Below, piece after piece: positions 59,546-64,000 of a DNA stretch of 64,000 bases. Each line of letters opens with the position of its first letter. The stretch's first letter is position 1. The translations under genes and the position numbers were made by a program. Source of the stretch: a virus; the IMG/VR virus record IMGVR_UViG_3300045988_116230, positions 84,126-148,125 of that record; one strand, 5' to 3'. The notes beneath the pieces are model-generated. The model ran no database searches, was not told the origin of the DNA, and was given only the letters and a program-made list of their open reading frames with translations.

Positions 59546-59925
59546 TTTACTACCCTTTCTATGTGTTTAATTAATACTACTGCCATCCCCTTACCTGTTT
59601 TTATCGCACATTCCGATCCTTTTATCCATTCTACACACCCTACATACTTTTCTGTAGAATGAAATCCGGGATTGTATTTTCCAGATGTACTGAACTCTAC
59701 CGTATCCCCTACCTTCAGATCATCAAAAGCAATAGACCATGTGGTCCAAATTCTATCATGTCTCCCAGGCTGAATGGCTCCAATTACGCCCTTCTTACGA
59801 CCGTTTTTTATCGCCCTTAGTATTATCTTTCTATCATCTTCGATAAGGCTGCAAAAGCGCCCGTAAAAGGTCAAATCAACCTGTTTTCCTCCTATTTCTT
59901 CTCTTATTTTTGTTATTCTGTTCAT
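59542..59925 (-). CDS. hypothetical protein (possibly PUA/ASCH-like fold)
   Basis: ORF track; weak impression only. Confidence 0.4.
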   Translation of the reverse strand: MNRITKIREEIGGKQVDLTFYGRFCSLIEDDRKIILRAIKNGRKKGVIGAIQPGRHDRIWTTWSIAFDDLKVGDTVEFSTSGKYNPGFHSTEKYVGCVEWIKGSECAIKTGKGMAVVLIKHIERVVK

Positions 59926-60169
59926 TTTCTGATTTTGTTTTATTTTTTTCTTTGTTTTTTCTATCTTCTATAGAAGATGATAATAACATTATCTTTTCTA
60001 TGTTACTTTTTGACTGTAAAAAAGAATCGCATTTCATTACTACTACCACCTTCTTAAGTTCCCCATTATCGTATAGCGATACACGCATCATGTTTTGCAC
60101 CTCGTCCACTATCAGACCTGGAGTAGTCTTAGCCATTTTGCGTAGCTTATTATACTCCGGTCTTTCCAT
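59876..60169 (-). CDS. hypothetical protein
   Basis: ORF track. Confidence 0.35.
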   Translation of the reverse strand: MERPEYNKLRKMAKTTPGLIVDEVQNMMRVSLYDNGELKKVVVVMKCDSFLQSKSNIEKIMLLSSSIEDRKNKEKNKTKSENEQNNKNKRRNRRKTG

Positions 60170-60434
60170 TTCCTCTGTTTATTACTCTATAGTATTTATC
60201 CTTATCCCCTTCTTTCAACTTCTCCAGATAGAAAATTCCATCATGTAAATGAGACAAACAAAACCTGTATCCGTATTTCCGTACTCTTCTTACATGATCC
60301 CGCAGTCTTATCTCTTCACTTTTGTCTTGTACTTTGATTTTAATACTGTCTCCTTCTTTGATTGTGTATAAAATAGTTTGAATCTCTTCTTTTTTCATCT
60401 TATAAAATATTTTAACGGCAGCACCTATACTCAC
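60150..60434 (-). CDS. hypothetical protein (likely starts at internal Met ~60398)
   Basis: ORF track. Confidence 0.4.
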   Translation of the reverse strand: MSIGAAVKIFYKMKKEEIQTILYTIKEGDSIKIKVQDKSEEIRLRDHVRRVRKYGYRFCLSHLHDGIFYLEKLKEGDKDKYYRVINRGNGKTGV

Positions 60435-60449
60435 GCACCACTACTGCCT

Positions 60450-60470
60450 TATGTTTAACAATTAAATACT
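60450..60470 (+). repeat. copy 2 of exact 21-mer TATGTTTAACAATTAAATACT; on + strand inside the - arm, overlapping the last codons of ORF 60462..61271, 10 nt upstream of a + strand ATG (60481)
   Basis: identical to 14074-14094. Confidence 0.6.
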
Positions 60471-61271
60471 TAACTCTTCAATGGTCAAGCCTTTTTCTTT
60501 TGCCCACTTTAGCATCGCGCATAATTCTGTTTCTGACTTATATTTCGGATCACGCCACGCCCATCCGAATTTATCCAGGACATGATGATATAATTCGTCG
60601 GCCTTTGCCGTGTAAATGTCTTTGAATAAATGCTCCGAACCTTCCGGTATAAGCATCTCTGTTGTTGCAAAATCGGAATACGATAAACATCCGTAAGCAT
60701 ATTCTGTTATTTCACTCCATGCTTCTCCGGCTTTAAATCCAAATTCTTTTACAAAAGCCAAAGTTAGATACATATTTAATAATATTGTTACATCATATCC
60801 GGAATCCGACTTTCTTTCTATTATTTCCTTTTCAAATTCCTTTAAATCTTCAGGCCCTAAAAAGATGTATCCTGATACCGACCGGTAATTAGTCTCCGCA
60901 TACTTCTTGCATTTATCATCATTGACAATCTTACTAATGTTAGATAACATCTTTTGCCTCCATTCATCACAAAACTCTACCTCTACGTTCATCCAATCAG
61001 TACCATAATTATATTCTTTCGGATATCCGACCGATGTTACCTTTATACTATTCACGCCATATCCGTAAAGGCGTTCACTTACCTCATTCGCCCATTCCTG
61101 TACAAAAGGAATAAACTTATTGTAATAAGAATCAAAATCAAAATCCGATTCCTCCTCATATTCTGGCATCTCTTCATAATCCTGTTCAAAGAAATGACGA
61201 GGATCTGCTATTGTTTCGTAGAAACTTACGTTAATGAAACAAAACTCGTTGGTTGTCGTTTTTAATATCAT
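60462..61271 (-). CDS. hypothetical protein
   Basis: ORF track. Confidence 0.45.
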   Translation of the reverse strand: MILKTTTNEFCFINVSFYETIADPRHFFEQDYEEMPEYEEESDFDFDSYYNKFIPFVQEWANEVSERLYGYGVNSIKVTSVGYPKEYNYGTDWMNVEVEFCDEWRQKMLSNISKIVNDDKCKKYAETNYRSVSGYIFLGPEDLKEFEKEIIERKSDSGYDVTILLNMYLTLAFVKEFGFKAGEAWSEITEYAYGCLSYSDFATTEMLIPEGSEHLFKDIYTAKADELYHHVLDKFGWAWRDPKYKSETELCAMLKWAKEKGLTIEELSI

Positions 61272-61522
61272 AACTTTTTGTATTTACGTACATTTTTCTT
61301 GCCATAGAATCTACACATGGCACGAATCTGACTATAAAATACTTTTGTCCTCCTGGCCTCAAAGTATTTAAACATTTCTTCATTCTTTGTTTCCCAAACG
61401 TAATCCGTTTGGGAACTCATGCGATCTTTCTCCTTGCGTGAATAATGGTAATATGATACCACAACACGTTTCATACCATTCTTTACAGGTACGATATTTA
61501 CGTCTATACTATTCTCTGTCAT
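61268..61522 (-). CDS. hypothetical protein
   Basis: ORF track. Confidence 0.4.
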   Translation of the reverse strand: MTENSIDVNIVPVKNGMKRVVVSYYHYSRKEKDRMSSQTDYVWETKNEEMFKYFEARRTKVFYSQIRAMCRFYGKKNVRKYKKL

Positions 61523-61545
61523 ATTATTATTGTTTTATGCATTAT

Positions 61546-61586
61546 ACAAATACAAAGAGCGCATACCTTCACAGGCCGGCGCTCCT
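61546..61586 (-). terminator. rho-independent terminator on - strand after ORF 61642..61875 (GGAGCGC-16nt-GCGCTC + UUUGUAUUU)
   Basis: read on reverse complement. Confidence 0.45.
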
Positions 61587-61641
61587 TTCAATAAAAATGA
61601 AAAAACTAATATTACATAAACATATTGTTTTCTACTCTTTA

Positions 61642-61875
61642 TTACAATACTTTTGTTCCGCAATTATTATATCTTCCGTACTCTTTTTTCGTATCATTCA
61701 AGATTTCAAAAACCATCTTCTTGTGATCTTCGTTTGGTAACCTATCCTTAACAGCCGATATTACGCCCGCTATAGACGTAAAGCCTGAATCTGTTATTGA
61801 ACACAGCAACACGCCTCTGTCGGCTCCGGTGCTTATTGCTGACGCCTTTATAATATCATTCTTATATATTCTCAT
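61642..61875 (-). CDS. hypothetical small protein in a monocistronic unit (tRNA-like element upstream, terminator downstream)
   Basis: ORF track. Confidence 0.4.
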   Translation of the reverse strand: MRIYKNDIIKASAISTGADRGVLLCSITDSGFTSIAGVISAVKDRLPNEDHKKMVFEILNDTKKEYGRYNNCGTKVL

Positions 61876-61896
61876 AACTTTTTTGTTTTATTGTTT

Positions 61897-61957
61897 GTGA
61901 GATGCCCAGAATCGAACCAGGACCGGCACATACGCACCGGCACGCCGCGTCATCCCC
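61897..61957 (-). other. tRNA-like element A (minihelix-like): GGGGATG-29nt-CCTGG-TTCGATT-CTGGG-CATCTCA-C, i.e. acceptor stem + canonical T-arm, 20 nt upstream of the start codon of ORF 61875
   Basis: canonical GGTTCGATTC T-loop and 7-nt acceptor 3' strand; no D-arm or anticodon arm foldable. Confidence 0.4.
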
Positions 61958-62138
61958 TCTATGATGCAGAAATAGGCATGCCTATCCTCACGAACCGACA
62001 TGCCAAAACCCAAAACTTAATTTGATGAATAAAATAGATTAACAAAAATACTATTCTAATTGGTGATTATATACTACTTTACACCACAAATATGTCAAAT
62101 TGTTTTTATATATAAATAATAATTCATACATTTGTGTC

Positions 62139-62453
62139 ATGAGATTAGTCGAACAACATACAATCAAGCCAAGTTCTGTTTATTACAATGAGCTTTATGA
62201 CTTATTGCATAAGTGTAAAAACTTATACAATAAAGGATTGTATGTTGTTAGACAACACTACTTTCAATACAAAGATGATAATACTGTAAAATACAAATAT
62301 CTTAACTACTATTCTCTTGAAAAGAAACTAAGAGCAGAAATGGTGCTTTTAACATCATTAGAAAATCAGAAAAAGAATCCTTTGATGTAACGATGTTACC
62401 AAAAGGTAGAGGGTTTTGGTGGAACCCGGTACGGATTTCCGTATAAATGTGTA
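62139..62453 (+). pseudogene. remnant resembling the N-terminus of a TnpB/OrfB (IS200/IS605 family) protein: 83-aa ORF (IKPSSVYYNELYDLLHKCKNLYN...KYKYLNYYSLEKKLR) with GFP(Y/R)FK-like continuation in other frames, then truncated
   Basis: alignment by memory to the TnpB N-terminus (LYPnaaQxELxxxxxxxRFVYN); only + strand ORF in a gap of the - arm. Confidence 0.3.
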
Positions 62454-62813
62454 CTATTTTACGCTTTTGGTGTAAAGTTGTATATAACCACCTTCTAATT
62501 CTTTTATAATATCTTTCACAATATTCAGCCTCACCTCCTTCGTTTCTGGACTAATACAGCCAAACCATCCATATATCCTCCATTCTTCTTCTGGTTCTGT
62601 AGCCATACTTTTCTTTTCCTCCAATTCCGGGAAATATGTTTTCACCAGTTCATCTAAATATAACCCATAAATGGATTCTATTTTTTTAGGAGTACTGAAA
62701 AACTTAAATACTATATTTCTCAACATGACGCATATATAATCCCCATTCTCTGACCTTTCGATCTCCTCATATACCTTTTTCCAAATGAATAATCGCTCTT
62801 CTTTTGTAAACAT
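62454..62813 (-). CDS. hypothetical protein
   Basis: ORF track. Confidence 0.45.
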   Translation of the reverse strand: MFTKEERLFIWKKVYEEIERSENGDYICVMLRNIVFKFFSTPKKIESIYGLYLDELVKTYFPELEEKKSMATEPEEEWRIYGWFGCISPETKEVRLNIVKDIIKELEGGYIQLYTKSVK

Positions 62814-62827
62814 ATCTTTCTTTATTT

Positions 62828-63169
62828 TTATGGTATTATTTGACTGTATGCAAACTTTTCCATGTACACAACACTATGTTCCCGTCCAAGTATTTTCTTT
62901 GCTGCTTCTTTCTTTATTGCGCAATATCTCCCTGTACGATACGGATTCTTTTGATCTGATCCATCCTCGACTTCGATAATAAAACAACCTCCGTCATCTA
63001 TTATCTTTTTGCAATTGTCACATATTTCTCCCGTGCATATATGATGCGGCGCCTGCCCCTTGATGTTATTCCCTAATAAAGCAATCCCCATCTCTTCGCC
63101 ACATATCATGCAAACTTCTATAGACGGATTCAATCCGTGTTCTGGATATAATGTAATACCATCTTTCAT
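62828..63169 (-). CDS. hypothetical Zn-binding protein (CMICG...HHICTGEICDNC); strong AAGGAGGA SD
   Basis: ORF track; SD read upstream. Confidence 0.45.
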   Translation of the reverse strand: MKDGITLYPEHGLNPSIEVCMICGEEMGIALLGNNIKGQAPHHICTGEICDNCKKIIDDGGCFIIEVEDGSDQKNPYRTGRYCAIKKEAAKKILGREHSVVYMEKFAYSQIIP

Positions 63170-63197
63170 TTTCTTTCCTCCTTTGTTTTTAATGTTG

Positions 63198-63243
63198 TGT
63201 GAGATCGCCGGAATCGAACCAGCCTACCGCACCATGAATCCCA
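63198..63243 (-). other. tRNA-like element B (minihelix-like): TGGGATT-13nt-GCTGG-TTCGATT-CCGGC-GATCTCA-C, ~28 nt upstream of the start codon of ORF 63169
   Basis: same architecture as element A with compensatory C-G to G-C change at T-stem position 49/65. Confidence 0.4.
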
Positions 63244-63322
63244 TAAAGCAAATGCTCCGATCTTCGCAGACGGGAGCACTCTGTCTAAAGCATAAGAAAA
63301 TTAATGAAGAAATTTTTCTCAC

Positions 63323-63403
63323 TTACGCCATAGCATCTAAAATAGCTATCAACACTATTTCTATGACAAACATAATAGAAAATATCTTAAATGCCTTTTT
63401 CAT
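63323..63403 (-). CDS. 26-aa hydrophobic peptide MKKAFKIFSIMFVIEIVLIAILDAMA with strong AAGGAGGAGA SD (type-I-toxin-like / small membrane peptide)
   Basis: ATG 8-10 nt downstream of perfect SD; single TM helix. Confidence 0.3.
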   Translation of the reverse strand: MKKAFKIFSIMFVIEIVLIAILDAMA

Positions 63404-63510
63404 ATCGCTATCTCCTCCTTTTTATTTTTTTTAGTTCCACAATAAACTGTTCCGGCTCTGCTCCGACCTACGTTCCACCTACAACCGCAGGCCTTAGCCC
63501 AAGGCGCCGC

Positions 63511-63780
63511 CTACTCCCCCTCTATGGCAGCCTGTTCGTACCTACAACACCAGTCTCCATCTATACAACTATCACTACGCGATAACAAACATTTATCCTT
63601 ATAACAATCATAAAAAATACACCTATCACAACTGTAATCTTTAACTTCTATACAGCTAACTACCTTAGCATATACTATACCATCACTACCTTCTATTCCT
63701 TTCACCCCAAAAATAGAACCTTCTCCCTCCTTACTCAAATCTAAGTCAGGCGCAAAGTCATATACGTTCATACCATCCAT
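63511..63780 (-). CDS. hypothetical Cys-rich protein (first gene of the - arm)
   Basis: ORF track. Confidence 0.45.
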   Translation of the reverse strand: MDGMNVYDFAPDLDLSKEGEGSIFGVKGIEGSDGIVYAKVVSCIEVKDYSCDRCIFYDCYKDKCLLSRSDSCIDGDWCCRYEQAAIEGE

Positions 63781-63882
63781 ATTTTAATTGTTAAACATCC
63801 CGCTTAAAAAAAAAATACTCACATAATGCAGTCCTCAACCCTTAATCTGTTGGAAGGAACCTATATAATGCTGTTTTAAACC

Positions 63883-64000
63883 CTTATCATATTGAATTTT
63901 GTGGAAATGATCTACAGAACACTGTTTTAAAACGCTTATCTATTGAATTTTGTTGGTAGGGAGTTGAATTTTGTTGGTAGGGAGTTGAATTTTGTTGGTA
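63883..64000. repeat. array of degenerate ~21-bp direct repeats with core TTGAATTTTGTGG/TTGAATTTTGTTGGTAGGGAG (at least 3.5 copies, cut by window end), upstream of the - arm: iteron/origin-like or terminal-repeat region
   Basis: read directly; three near-identical tandem units at 63943-64000. Confidence 0.55.

Noticed and set aside
61897-63243. Canonical tRNA genes on the - strand (perfect GGTTCGATTC T-loop + acceptor 3' end)
   Set aside because: Only 13-29 nt lie between the putative 5' acceptor strand and the T-stem (41 nt is normal for a tRNA). No D-arm or anticodon arm could be folded, so I report them as tRNA-like minihelix elements instead
1-64000. CRISPR array, diversity-generating retroelement or retron
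   Set aside because: No regularly spaced direct repeats and no reverse-transcriptase (YxDD) ORF found
1-64000. Temperate lifestyle / prophage (integrase, CI-like repressor)
   Set aside because: No tyrosine or serine recombinase motifs seen. The Bro-N antirepressor alone is common in lytic phages
1-64000. Firm host assignment to Bacteroidota
   Set aside because: A TAnnTTTG-like box and some DUF-type small proteins hint at it. However, strong Shine-Dalgarno sequences precede several genes (e.g. 15135, 62828..63169, the 26-aa peptide), which is atypical for Bacteroidota. Left open

Overview
The window is a gene-dense, AT-rich phage (tailed, dsDNA-type) segment with no rRNA, no canonical tRNA, no CRISPR array and no integrase or reverse transcriptase. 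Two oppositely oriented arms meet at a convergent terminator near 29.2 kb. The + arm (1-29.2 kb) holds four very large ORFs (996, 2136, 752 and 2140 aa); I recognise no motifs in them and they are presumably virion or ejected proteins. A short accessory island lies between the large ORFs (12.3-21.4 kb): a Bro-N antirepressor, a cluster of low-complexity Gly/Cys-rich and RG-rich proteins, and an IscB-like RuvC/HNH gene broken by two frameshifts, with a hairpin-rich upstream region that is an omega-RNA candidate. The - arm (29.5-63.8 kb) is a replication and accessory module of about 70 tightly packed small genes. Recognisable products there are a C5 cytosine methyltransferase (split at an A8 run), an SF2 helicase with a DUF3820-like tail, a DnaB-like helicase, a putative zinc-ribbon/Toprim primase, two PD-(D/E)xK nucleases (one Cas4-like with an Fe-S cysteine cluster), an HNH endonuclease, and a flotillin/NfeD pair next to an acyl-carrier-protein-like gene. 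Non-coding signals include two tRNA-like minihelix elements, a TnpB N-terminal-like remnant, several hairpin terminators, a 21-nt exact repeat at two distant loci, and iteron-like tandem repeats at the window end. Host is unknown. Low GC and one TAnnTTTG-like -7 box hint at Bacteroidota, but several genes carry Shine-Dalgarno-like sequences. All calls rest on motifs read by eye. No database search was run, and coordinates I derived myself may be off by 1-2 nt.
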